Origin: Selaginella moellendorffii
Taxonomy: Eukaryota > Plantae > Lycopodiophyta
Assembly (NCBI RefSeq): GCF_000143415.4
Contig: NW_003314261.1
Location: forward strand, 1,041,674-1,105,673
Direction of reading: 5' to 3'
Length of the DNA stretch: 64,000 nt
The position numbers and the translations under genes were made by a program. Shown here in pieces: positions 12,393 to 24,522 of the stretch. The notes beneath the pieces were generated by a model. It made no database searches, was not told where the DNA came from, and saw only the letters and a program-made list of their open reading frames with translations. How positions within the stretch are numbered: position 1 is the stretch's first letter; the number at the start of each line of letters is the position of its first letter.

Positions 12393-13829
12393 ATGCGGCG
12401 AGCGGCAGGCTATGGCTTGCGCGCGCCAGTGATCCACGCTAGCAGGACTGTAATCCTCTCAAGATACTGCTCCGGATCGAGCGAGGGGGATTTGGCTTGC
12501 TTGTTCGACGCTCTGGATGCCAGACGCGGGCAATGCGAGGAAGCTGTGGCCGATTGGATGTCTCGTGGGAATGCTCTCACGCCAGATTTCGTGGGGAGCA
12601 TCTTCGATCATCTCACTGGGCGCAATCGCTACAAGGAAGCTCTCAAGGTGAGAAAGAAAGAAATTTCCTAGTTTCATTGCTTGAATGAGAAGATTTTTTC
12701 TAGCTAGGTGCTCAAACTCGTTCGAGAGAACAACGTTGTGGAGCTGAGCGTGAAGAATTGCATCAAAGAGCTTACGCTACTCTGTCGGCAGCACGCTCCT
12801 ATTCCAGCTGAAGTGATCTTCTTGAGCCTCCCGGAGTCCATGAAAACCGAGGAGCTCATCGCTGCCTTTGTCATCAGCTTGGCCAAGCAAAAGTCCTGGA
12901 GCCGAGCGGAAGTTTACAAGCAGCAACTCACCACAATCTCTCCCGAGGTGGAGGACGCGATGATCTCTCTCTACTTCTCCAAGGATTTCCACGACCGAGC
13001 TCTTGCGTCCTACCAGAGATTGAGGTACTCGGGCATCAAGCCAATGCTTCACACTTACTTGACGCTTCTCAAGTGCAAGGAGAGAATTGGAGGTCTCGGA
13101 GGACTCGAAAGAGAAGCACTGGCAGCTGCGAAGAGTGTGGACCTCAGCACTGCGAATGAAAGGGTACGTTAGTCATCAGCTTGGAACTTACGTGATCACA
13201 ACTCTTGCTCGCTCTTGCAGGATTTGGCAAACTTGATGGAGATCCATGGCTACTTGCATGATCCGGACAGTGTGGGAGCAATCTGGAGCATCGTAAAGCA
13301 AAGATCACCGCGTCTCCTCCACGATAGCTACGCTGCCGCGATCAAAGCTTTCGGACTGGTCGGAGAAGTCGAGAAGGCGGAGGTGGTGCTGGAAGAAACG
13401 ATCGCGAGCAAGAGTGTGAGGTATGGGATCAATCCATATCACGGGATCATCGAAGTCTACGCGAGGGTAGGATTGCTCGACAGGGCCGAGGAGACGCTGC
13501 GAAGAAAGACGGACAACTCGGTGTTCCAGCCATTCAACTCCTTGATCCTGGGATATCTCGCGCGGAACGACATCGCCATAGCTTTGCAGCTGCTGGAAGA
13601 GGGATGGGAGAAGCGGCAGATCGATTCGAGCTTGGGTTACCTGACGACGATCAAGCTCTTGCGCGTCTTCGCGGCGAGAAGAGACGTGGGAAGCGCCGAG
13701 AAGCTCATTGCCATGTATCGCAACCGCGGCGATTCCACTCTTTGCAACGCGATCATCAATGTCTACGCCGCAGCGCAGCAGCCACCGAATTTCCAGCTCC
13801 TGCGAAGGCTCAAGATCAATCCTCCGTGA
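12393..13829 (+). CDS. P-type PPR-like protein, 3 exons (12393-12647, 12708-13163, 13221-13829)
   Basis: Two in-frame GT-AG introns join the ORFs. Degenerate PPR repeats (DSYAAAIKAFGLVGEVEKAE, PYHGIIEVYARVGLLDRAE, PFNSLILGY) and an Arg-rich N-terminus. Confidence 0.8.
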
Positions 13830-13845
13830 TCGATGGAATGGAATT

Positions 13846-13914
13846 ACACGTGTCGACACGTGTCATACTTTTATGACGTGGCGAGAATGCAGGCCTATGA
13901 CATGAGCGACGTGG
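13846..13914. promoter_or_regulatory. Cluster of G-box/ABRE-like ACGT elements including an 18-bp perfect palindrome
   Basis: ACACGTGTCGACACGTGT (13846-13863), ACGTGGC (13876-13882) and ACGTGG (13909-13914) upstream of the EI24 ATG. Confidence 0.55.
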
Positions 13915-13970
13915 ACAAAAACCTTCGCAAAGCTAGCTAGTTTTTAGGTCGGGCATAGGGTTTCGCTGTC

Positions 13971-15444
13971 ATGGCTCCGTCGCGGGGAGAGCGCGCCTCC
14001 GCCGCGCCGACGTCGCCGTGGATCGCATTACTGATGCTCTGGCTGGCGGGATGTATGGACGCTTGCCGATTCGACCGCGCATTTCTCATCTGCCGGAGGT
14101 AGCGCGATTTCTCGGGAATCGAGCTGAAATTTCCTCTCCGCTTTGCAGGTCTGGCGTAGTTCGGAAGAAAACGGGGCAGTGCTTCCTCAATGGCCTGCTC
14201 GTTCTTGGAAGGTTTTCGCTTTGTCGAAATATTTTGTCGTGAAATCTTTTCTGACGAGTTTCCGCAGTGTCTTGGTTCTCCAGAAAGCGATTATTCCGGC
14301 TTTGAGCTGGCTGCTCGATTTTGAGGCGCATGTCGACGATGGATCGGCCAGGCCAGTGCCGAAGCTCCAGTCTTTCCTGATCGCGCTGTACTATGTAAGC
14401 TTGATTTCATTCTCGGCGAGCTCTAGCGCTAGTTTTCTTTTCATTGTGTCTTCCAGGTACTCTGGCTCTATCCGATCTACGTGATAAGCTTTGTGATCAA
14501 CTGTATTCACTCCAACGAAATCGCTCAACACGTCTTTCACGAAGTAAAGAAGACTATGAATGAGCCGACGTCGAGGCCATCAACAGGTACTTCTTCTACC
14601 GCCGCAGCCTTTGACAGGTGAGTGAAGAAATCCATTCACTCAATCAAGGATGGTTTAGTTTTCATGCTCTAGGTCCAGTTTCACTCGTGGAATCGGTGAG
14701 AACTTGTACTCGGTCATCGTCATCGGTGCCTTTTTTGCCGAAGTAAGTCTTGTTTGTGCCGGGAATCTAGTTCTTTAACAAGATTGGAACTTTCAAACAG
14801 GCATTCGTTGCAAGTTTCATTCCGTATGTCGGGCAACTCTTGTACTTCGTTCTCCTGTCCTGGCTTTATGCTTACTATTGCTTTGAGTAAGATGTCAAAG
14901 TTCTTTCCGACCAGTTTCTTAGCAATCTTGTCCAGGTACAAATGGGGCCTAGCTCAGTGGAGTCTCGAGAGGCGGCTGGTCTTCTTTGAGACAAACTGGG
15001 CCTTCTTCTCTGGATTTGGTAAAAACCTTTGCTTGTGTTGTCGATGCTACTTCTTAACCAGAGCTTGATTTTTCCGTCATCCAGGTAGTCCTTGCGTATT
15101 AGCGACGTTTTTCTTTTCACCTCTGGTGAGCACCGGCGTCACCGCCATCCTCTATCCATTGGTAAGCAACCGAGAATCTTCTCCAGACAAAACTCTGATC
15201 GAGCTTCTGGTTTTTGCGTGATCCAGTTTGTACTCATTGCGACTGCGTCAGATCCCGAAAAATCGATAGCCCGTGTAAAACGCGATTCTTCTCTCTTCCC
15301 TCGTCTTCCCATTTTCTACCTGGCCAACAGCTGCTCGTAAGTTGATATGCTCTTTGTCTCTACATCTCTCTTTCTCATCGTCAATTCCTTGGCAGGCTTC
15401 CAATTGTTCGCTTCTTCGTCAGTAGGTTTCCCGCAACTAGGTGA
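13971..15444 (+). CDS. EI24: EI24 (etoposide-induced protein 2.4 / autophagy-associated) homolog, multi-exon
   Basis: Exons read LWLAGCMDACRFDR, KKTGQCFLNGLLVLG, YKWGLAQWSLERRLVFFETNWAFFSGFG and PRLPIFYLAN, matching the plant EI24 pattern as recalled; short GT-AG introns. Confidence 0.8.
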
Positions 15445-15533
15445 ACTTCGTGGCAAACGTTGTGCTTCTTTGTACATTGCTGTGAATATACGATACTTTT
15501 TCTTGTGTGAAGAAATTTAGGGTTCTTTATTGG

Positions 15534-17860
15534 ATGGATTGCTCCAGGGCGCCATTCGTACCGGGCGTGCGAATTCTCTCCTCGAGGAGGAGCAGCGGCA
15601 TCTCTTCCTCGAATGCGATTGCGATTAGATTTTTCACTCTGTTTTCGCCGTCGCCAGCGGCATTGGGCTGTTCTTCTCAAGCGAGAGTCTTGGCATTGCG
15701 AGCGAGAATTTCCAATCCTTCGTGGAGAGGAGTGTGCGCTTCAGCCGAGCCGGGCATCAGGCATGGAGGGATTTCTCCTGGATTGATTCCTTCGCAGATT
15801 GATATTTCTCCGGATGAAGTATCTTCCAATAATCTGGGAGGAGAAGAAGAAGAAGGAGAGAGCTTATTATCAGGGGAGTCTATCAAGCACGTACCGCGGA
15901 GCTATAGCAACAAGTTTATTCGATGGGTGAAGCTGGGCTCGGTGATCAATGACGCGGCCATGGCTTTTTTCAAGAGTGAAGTACGTCGTCGCACTTTCAT
16001 CACCATAATCCTCCTTATGGTCTGCAGAGCTGGTCAATTTGTTCCTCTTCCCGGTTTTAATCACAGGACAATGCCATCGAATTTTCTCGGCTCCACCGCT
16101 CTTACAGGTAAGGCCATAGAACTTTTTTTTTTTTTTTTTTTTTTGATCCTCTTAACATCAAGTGCCCTTCTTTTTTCCAGCAAGTGAAGGGGCTTTTCTC
16201 AAAGAGCCGAAGATATCGTTCTTCCACCTCGGGCTGAGTCCTTATATTTGCGCAAGCACTGTTATACATGTACGTTACACTTTCAGCTGCTGGCTTGGGT
16301 GTTACCAACGTTTGTGCGCAGCTAGTTTGTTCTTGGTACCCTCCATTCCAAAAGATGCGAAAGGAAGGAGAAATCGACAAGATAAAGTCATATACGTGAG
16401 TGATCGTATTGCATTAACAGTTCTCTTGCTCACTTGTTTTCTACACAGCTGGTGGCTTACTCTGTCATGCTCGGTGATTCAAGCTCTCCTACTGTCGTAT
16501 GCAACGCTCCAGTATGCTACTGCGTCTGATCTGTACGTTTNNNNNNNNNNNNNNNNNNNNNNNNNNNNNNNNNNNNNNNNNNNNNNNNNNNNNNNNNNNN
16601 NNNNNNNNNNNNNNNNNNNNNNNNNNNNNNNNNNNNNNNNCCTCTGGATCAATGCTACTGGAATGGATATCTCGTAGGATTACCGAATCTGGATTTGGTA
16701 CGTCTGTAGTCTAAGCTCGCCTCGGTTATCCTTTTATTTCTTTTCCAGGTCAAGGATCAACGTTGATTATTTGCATGGGGATTCTTGTCAGTTCCTCCCA
16801 GTCCCTCTGTAATATGGTCATAAGCTTCTCCAGTAAGTCGAATCTGTTTCAAGCTCGGGTATAAATTCACTTGGTAACAGGATTGGACTTCTCCAAGTGG
16901 GGACCCGCTTTGCTCCTTTATGTGGGAGTGTTCTTGACTATGACAGCATGCGCTGTGCTCGTTACGGAAGGACGTCGGATCATCAAGCTTCAGTTTTATG
17001 GCTTTGATCGCTTTCCAAGCTCCGGGTACATAACAATTCTTCAGCTTTTTTTTATGTTCTCATAACATGCCTCCAGAGGAGATGGGATTCCGGAAGTGGA
17101 GCCTTATATTCCGTTTGACATCAACCCGAATGGGATGCTACCGGTGTATATGTCATCGTATCTTATGGCAGTCCCCAGCTTCCTTGCGAAGTACATTGTC
17201 TTAAGAGTGTATTTGATTGTTTTGACGATATCGTCTTGGTGTGCAGCATCTTAAAAACCCCATTCTTACGGCGGTTACAAGTCCTTTTGAATCCAACATT
17301 ACCCCCTGCGCCTGGCGCAAGACCATGGTTGTACCACACACTGACTGCGTTGCTCATTCTCACTTTCAGCGTCCTCGATGTTGTAAGTTTCTGCTGCTAA
17401 GTTTCTTGGGGGAACTATGATCATGTTTAACTTTGCAGAGTGACGGAGCAAAAGACATATCAGAGTACATAAACAGGATAGGGGCAAAGATTGCGGATGT
17501 TAAGCCTGGTCGTTCGACCGTGGAATTTCTACGGAAAGTGCAAACCTCGGCTCGCACTTGGGGTGAGCTTTGCGACGCTTGTTTATTATCTTTAGTTTGC
17601 CTACTTTCGTGCAGGTGGATTTTTGCTGGCACTGCTAGTGACTGTGTCAACTATAATCGACTATAAGTTGCGGTCCTTGCATCAAACTGGCGGGATCAGC
17701 TTTACCTCCATGCTGTTTATTGTAAACCACGTTTTCACGTCTCTCGATTAACTAGTGCGTTTTTTGCCAGGTGGGGACGATCATCGAAGTAAGGCGGTCA
17801 TTCATGGCTTATCACGCAATGCACACGCTAAGCAATGTACTAAGGCGATATGGCGTATAA
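15534..17860 (+). CDS. SCY2: Plastid preprotein translocase subunit SECY2, multi-exon (spans an assembly gap)
   Basis: Transit-peptide-like N-terminus; FFKSEVRRRTFIT, SFFHLGLSPYICAS, EVEPYIPFDINPNGMLPV, KDISEYINRIGAKIADVKPGRST, and C-terminus ...VLRRYGV typical of plant SCY2. Confidence 0.88.
16541..16640. other. Assembly gap (100 N)
   Basis: Run of N inside SCY2. Confidence 1.
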
Positions 17861-18168
17861 AGAGAACGACAGCAAACATTTTCATTCAATAAATGGATTA
17901 AAATCGACAAGGTACGTCTTCTTCTTCTTTTTTAGAAAAACTCAGATCCTGGTTACATTTAAGAAGTCCCCATTTTTGTCCATAATGGTTTCTGTATAAC
18001 ATTTTATAAGCTCATAAAGTAAAAGTAACTTTTAAATAAAGAATCATCAATAAAAAGAGTGGTATTGTTTTTCAAGCACTAATGTTTAACCTAATTACCT
18101 TTTGATTAATGTACTATTTAATTTGATAAAAAGAGGGTGCAGCTCTAATCATCCTTTTTCATCAAAGC

Positions 18169-18960
18169 ATGGAAAAATACACTTTTTGGAAAATGTTAAA
18201 GTGTGGTAACAAGGGAAGAGTGATGCTCAAATGCAACAATGAAAACCATAATAAAAAGTTAAATACTTAAGACAAGAACATTCTATTTTGAATGTTATGC
18301 TGAATGAGGTAGAAATTTTGGAAGAGTGTGATAGGAATGTGAATATCATCAACCTTCTTGATGTTACAATAAACAAGGATGGCAACTTCACAGTCTTTAA
18401 GTTGATAAAAACAGACTTAAGACATCATAGGAAGCTTGAAAAACATAAGATCAAATTATTCATGAGGCAGATCCTTTTAGGGCTTGCATGAATTTACTCC
18501 ACACCAGGATATAAAGCCTGAAAAATTGTTAATGAAATGTAGCATGGTGAAGCTCACATACTTTAGCCAAGCACATGGGTTATGGAACAATCTAGCAAAT
18601 ATTTTAGAACACTTTTATATCATTCTCCCAAGTAGCTTAAAGTTGAAAGGGGCTTTTACTCTACAACAATGGATATATAAGCAATGAAGTGTGCATCTGT
18701 GGAGTTGATTCTTGGATTTCAATTGTTTGATCCCATAGACTATGAATTTATGAATGAAAAAAATTGGAAATGCGAAATGGTGGGATTGATTGAGGCATGA
18801 AATTTATGGCCAGAATTGGATTTTATGGTAGGTGATAAAAGTGTTATGGAGCTTATGGCAAAGATGCTAGAAATGGATCCTCGTAAAGAGGATTTTTGCC
18901 CAAGAAGCATTGCAATTTAAGTATTTTGGTTCTTTAAAGGTGGGCATGCCAAATATATAA
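18169..18960 (+). pseudogene. Decayed, intronless CDK/CMGC-like protein kinase
   Basis: MEKYTFWKML..., LNEVEILEECDRNVNIINLLDV, KIKLFMRQILLGL, HQDIKPEKLL (HRDxKPxN-like), MLEMDPRK. Multiple stops/frameshifts; AT-rich. Confidence 0.7.
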
Positions 18961-20905
18961 ATGGTTAGCATTGGTGTTTGGGAGAATCTCAATTTGGCAT
19001 GTATTACTCATTAAAATGTGTATGAAAAGAGGACAAAAAAATACATTACATTTCATATCAAATCCAACGTAAATTAAAACCAACCTTATTTGTCTTCATG
19101 TTCTTGTCTACAGAGAGCCATAGTTTAAAAAAGCATACAAAATCTGTGAAACAATAGTTAAATAAGTTATGATTAGAATTTATTCAAATACTCTATTTTG
19201 GCCAAATGTAAAAAAAAAAAAGGTGCATTACATTTTGAAAAGAAAAAGAAAAAAGAAATCAAGACATGAAGTTCTTCACTCTCTCTCTTTGCCAAAGATG
19301 AAGCAAGTGAATACTGCATGCATCTTCTCCAGGCTCCTCGAGAATGCCCCAGCAGCTGAATCCAGAGGGCTGCCATCCGATCTCTCCTCATCTGGTGCCA
19401 CAGTGCTGGCCCATCTATTATTTAGTTTTTGTATTGATATGAGATATATCAAAGTGATAAAAATCTTATATTTATATTTTAATATGCAAGTGAAGTGATG
19501 CCATCACCACCACAACTTTTTTTTGTGCCACAGCATAAAAATTCCAATATGCATATTGGTCATTGTTTCTTTGGATCTACTGTAATCACAAGCAAACAGC
19601 CTTGGAACCACAATCCAGGCATGCTTGACCAAAAAGGCAGGGGCTATGGGTCTTCCTCCATTAGCAGGTACTTTTAGTTTGAAAGCTTGATTGCATTATT
19701 TTAAGACAAACTGGTGGTAAGAAAATTGACTTCCTGAGTTAACCTGGGTCTCATCATAGAGCAACCAGAGCTGAACCGCTTGGAATAAGCTCTCTGGCAA
19801 TGCTGGGGAACAATCATGGTCAGTCGTTTTGTGATATTTGTCCAGAGGTTTCTTGTCTTTACAGGTGGACCTGGTCTTCACATTTGATTCGCGTTCTTGA
19901 ATCCAGAACGTTTTGCCTGAGAGGAGAGGTAGTTTCCAGAGACAAATTCTTCGTGGCTATGGCCATCTTCCATCCCATTGAGCTGATCCAGGACGTTGCT
20001 CAGGTTCAAGAGTGCTTCATCCTGCTTGGCTCGCTCATCCTTCCCAATGATTCTATCTTAAAGCTGTCTAAAGAGCTAGATCATAGTGTGGCTGCTTGAG
20101 GAGCTCACCATGGACCCACCAGTAATGGAGAGCTTCGCTCCACCAGCCTTGATGTTGTCTGGTACTGAGCTGGGCTTCTCTTGTGGCTCCAGTTACGTGC
20201 TTCTGAATTGTCCAGCATCTTGAGCACTGACTTACTGGCCCACGGAGGATCCGGTAGGATAACTCTAATTACTGACAGGACACCCTTACCGCATAACATA
20301 GAGCATGACGCAGAAGAGAATTTCCTCCTCTCAGTGTAAAGTCATAGAAGGGGCAAGTAAAGCCATTACCATGGCAACAACAAGCACTCTTGCTCAGTGT
20401 AGCCAAGCATAGATCATCACGACTCTGGCATCTTGTGAAAAGATTGACTTTGCAGTATGAGTGAGATCTAAGCAAGAAGTTGATCAAAACACTGACTAGC
20501 AATGCACAAAGAAAGAAAATTGCAAAGAAAACCTACTCATACTCAATAGATTTGCCAATACAGCGAGTGAAGTACGGTTGACAAGAATATTTTAAAAATA
20601 TTTTGGCACAATAATGAATATTTTGTTAGTGGCAATATTTTCTCTTAAATAGGTATTTTAAATAAAATTAAGAATTTAATAATATTTAGATTTGTGTAAA
20701 TGACATCTTAGTGGCAATAGTTACTATTTAATAGAGGTTTTGCTTTATCACCTAATTTACAGAAGAAATTAGTATTTTAATATTTATTAATTAGTATTTA
20801 TACTAATTATTCAAGTACAATATGAGTGCATGGAATATAGAAATGGAATACATAAATGTGAATATCAATTAACCCAAAACCTAGTTTATATACAGGAGCA
20901 TTTAA

Positions 20906-22790
20906 AGTATCTCAAATTTTTTTTCTTTTTTTATTTTTAAGCTTCCTGGAATATTTTGTATTACTTGATCATTATGTTTTTTTACTTGTTTATTTGTATA
21001 AAATACATTTTTTGCTATTTATTATTAATTATCTCTATATTTTCTTCATTTGTTTCAGATGTTCTTATTCCATTTAGTATTTTATGAATTTCTTATCATC
21101 CTTTTGTCTCATTATTTCTGTAAGTTCATAACATGTCCTTCCATGGATTGTTTATTAGGAGAAAACTTCACTGTGACAGGCTCCATAATAGAAAAAGTGT
21201 TATAAAGCTTGAAGAGGGATGTTTTCTATCATATTAGTCTTGTTTGTAATTGTTATTGACATTTTTGGTATGGACGAAGAAAATTAAAAAAGCATGAATT
21301 AGCATTAACCATCATTAAAGATGACCTTTTTATTGATTTTTATCCCAGGTATACACCATTTTTTATATCTTATCCACCAACACCACCATTTCTGTTAAAT
21401 TGACCATACAATATCCATCATTAACAGGGTTGAGAAACCATGCAACTACAAGCACACACACACACTTCCAGAAACTTCGAAAGCATGTGTTTAATTTAAT
21501 AGATCCTTTTTTGTCATATCAACTTGAGACTACTGGATCCTTAAGCTCTACAAATGGCTAAGATTGCTTTTGCTTTTATTAGAGAGCTGCAAATATTCCA
21601 CTGGTCAGCTTGAGGCAATTTGCTAGGCACCATCTTTTTCACTTTCTTATTGTCAATCAGGCTACATTTTGTCTTTGATAATGAAAGTTCCGTGAACAAG
21701 CACCACCGTGACCTTAGCTTTGATCAGTTTACCTTGATAATCTAGAAGATATTCCCGAATGGAGCAAACTCCCGGACCTCTCACTACCACCCATTAGCTG
21801 GAGCTTGGTCTCCATCCCAAGAAGGCATGGAGGATCTGGCCTTTCCATCCCAGTAGCAGCCACCCCTGGTCCCTGTGAAGCTCAAAGCTTTGGTGATACA
21901 TACCCATGAGCGATTCCGTGTCGTGGAACAGCAGCTCAAACTTGGCTCACTGCGTCCTCGAGTGCCACTGCTTGTGAGTCTCCGCTCGCTCCACTTGCTC
22001 CAATCTCTCGCACGCCACGATGTTGACGATCTCCCACCCGTTCTTCTCCTGCTCCAGCAAGTGCCGCTCCTTGCTCTCCGGCTGCGAGCAGCAATCGATG
22101 GCTTCGAAGAGCAGTGTAAAGTGTGTCAGCGCCTCGAGGAACCACGTCATGAAGAAGGGGACGTTGTAGCTCGCGTTGTTCATCCCCTGGACGAACACTC
22201 TGGGATTCAAGCTCCACACCCAGTTGAGCCACACTTTCCTCGGGCTCTCGGCGAGAATGGATTCGTCAAGCAAGTTGGTCCTCCACAACGTGGAATTCAG
22301 CATGAGATTGACTTGGTTCCTGGCTAGAACTTCATCGTCACTCAGGAGCAGCGTTGCTGCATCGATGTTCTCCCACTTCTTCGACATGGCCCGGAACTTG
22401 AAAGGCAGCCCGATCGACTGCGCGTACTCCCGGAGCATGCACCCCACGTCGCTGGCGCTGCCACCCCCTGGTAATGGAGAATCGATGCCGGTGATGCGCA
22501 GATACGGAGGACCGCCCGGAGTATTCGCCAGTTCTTGCAACTGGAACCCGAAACAGGCACCATAGTCGACAATGTGAATCCGCTGGTGACCTCTACACGC
22601 GTTGAGGATGACTTGATTCGGGAGACAAGAACGGGCTCCGTTCCATGATGTACTCGACCGACTTGAGCATCGCTCCCGCGGTTGGCCTCGCGTGACACAT
22701 CGCCGTGAAGAGGCCATTCCCTGTGGCAGACACCCTCGCCCTCCACCAAGAGGTTGGCCCGCATCACGTCATGGGAAGAGACGCTCGACG
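20906..22790. repeat. Direct segmental duplicate of ~9821-11600 (GRAS 3' half plus downstream flank)
   Basis: Long near-identical stretches (e.g. ...cttttgtctcattatttctgtaagttcataac..., ...gatattcccgaatggagcaaactccc...) with indels, including ~290 bp extra at ~21360-21640. Confidence 0.93.
21794..22790 (-). pseudogene. 5'-truncated GRAS pseudogene (copy of 10493-11600)
   Basis: CGA>TGA stop at 21947-21949; 18-, 12-, 14- (frameshifting) and ~75-bp deletions; N-terminal half missing. Confidence 0.92.
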
Positions 22791-24522
22791 AGATCCACCA
22801 TCACGTAAGTTTCAATTTTGTTTTCTCATAGTTCTCTCTTTTAAGTTTTAGTTTGTCTCACTCGTTATGGGGAGGATTGCTGTTCTACCCGATCGGATGC
22901 TGGATCGTTGAAGCTCCAAAGCTGTAGACCAAGAGCATATGCGCCAAATACCAAGAGTCATGCCTGGCTCACAGGTTCGTCTTTGAGACCTTCACTTGCT
23001 AGAATATCTAGGTGCTGCCAGGACGATCTTTTCAGAACAGTTACGTTGGACGCACAACTCATCGCCCTCGGAAGTTAGGTCTCGAGAGTTGGAGGGGAAG
23101 ACCCAAGGTTTTTGGAGAGGAAGATCCTTTCGTCGAACTCGAAGCTTTCAGTGTCTTCTCTTCCAAGGGAGAAGATGATCAGGCAAGTTTCTCGGCTGAC
23201 GCCACGACCAAGTGGCCCGATTTTAGATTCTTTCCAAAGCGGAAGGTGTTTTCGAGAGCATTTTCCGCAGAGGCTCGCGACGTAGCAGTGGAGATGCGAG
23301 CGCTCTTGCCAGGAGGCCCAAGCAACTACGATGGTCGAGAGTTCGCCAAGGATATGCTCAAGGGTTTGACAGCGAGGCAATTCGCACAGCTTAGCAAAAG
23401 TTTGCGATGACGACGTCTATCACTTCCTCAGCTAACTAAGAGTTTTGGTGATGGCGGGGGTATGGCGAGCTGAAGGAAGGGCCGGTAAGTCTGGGCGAGC
23501 AGCGCTATCCCAGCACAGCATGGAGTCCCGTGATCAAGAACAGGAGGGATCTATACCGGCGGAGCTAGACCGAGCATGGGAAGAAGAAAATTTAAGAAGT
23601 GGAAGACTGAAAACTTCCCATTCTTCGTCGAAATCCTGGCTGAGAAGCAGCAGCTCAAGCCACTGATTGGCAGAAGACATAGCATAGACAAGAAGAGCTT
23701 GACAAAAGAGCTGAGCGTTTGGTCCTCTCATTCCTCTTTTTTGTCTAACGTCTTTCATTTAAACAAGACTCCGGAGAACAAAAACTCTTGACTTTCCAAA
23801 CTTTTCTACCAGCAGAATCTTATTGATTTGCCCGGGCTTGCGACGTTCAAACTTTCAGATTCAATGATTAGACCAAACTTACACATTCACTAATAAGGTT
23901 TATTTTCCTGCCTACAAAATCTATGAGGAGAAGAAAACAAAGGAAAAAAAAAATCCAGGGGAAAGCTCTTTGCCACTGCAGGCTGCGGAAAGAAACACTT
24001 AAAGACGAGCTTTTGCGATTACCACATGAGCAGCAGCCACTGCATCATCGCTTCCACTGATTGACAGACTGTCTGCAATCTCTGACAACTAAGAAGAGTG
24101 ACACCTCTCTCCAAAGTTTTCTCGTGCGAGGCAGATCCAATGCGTGAGTACTGTCTAGATCGGATGATATTTCCCATAAGCTGGCTGTACAAATTCCGCA
24201 CAAACAAAATCAAGCACGTTGCAAGCAAAGTCCCTTGCAAAAGTAGAGTACACATTATCGTCAAGAATGCGACCATCACCTGGATTGCCACACAGTAGCT
24301 AACAATCGCTCGAAAGCTTTGACAGACCATTTTGAGTTTGGAAGCACCTCCACTGTCGTCAGTGTCAGCTTCCTGAATCATCGATGTTCGTGCCCTCCCT
24401 CATGAGCATTTCAGGCCCTGGAACCTTCTATCAACTTCATCTAGATCGTGATCTAAAGGAAGAAGGAAATCCATCAAAACTTTTGCTTAAACCATCGACC
24501 ACTATAAAATATTCTTTATATT

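Noticed and set aside
19270-20560. Moderately GC-rich, coding-like minus-strand segment (DRIIGKDERAKQDEALLNLSNVLDQL...)
   Set aside because: Interrupted by stops and not assignable to a family; may be a pseudogene.
22800-24450. ORFs 23012..23410, 23576..23791 and 24019..24381 (MIQEADTD resembles the start of an EF-hand)
   Set aside because: No consistent gene model; the EF-hand loop is incomplete.
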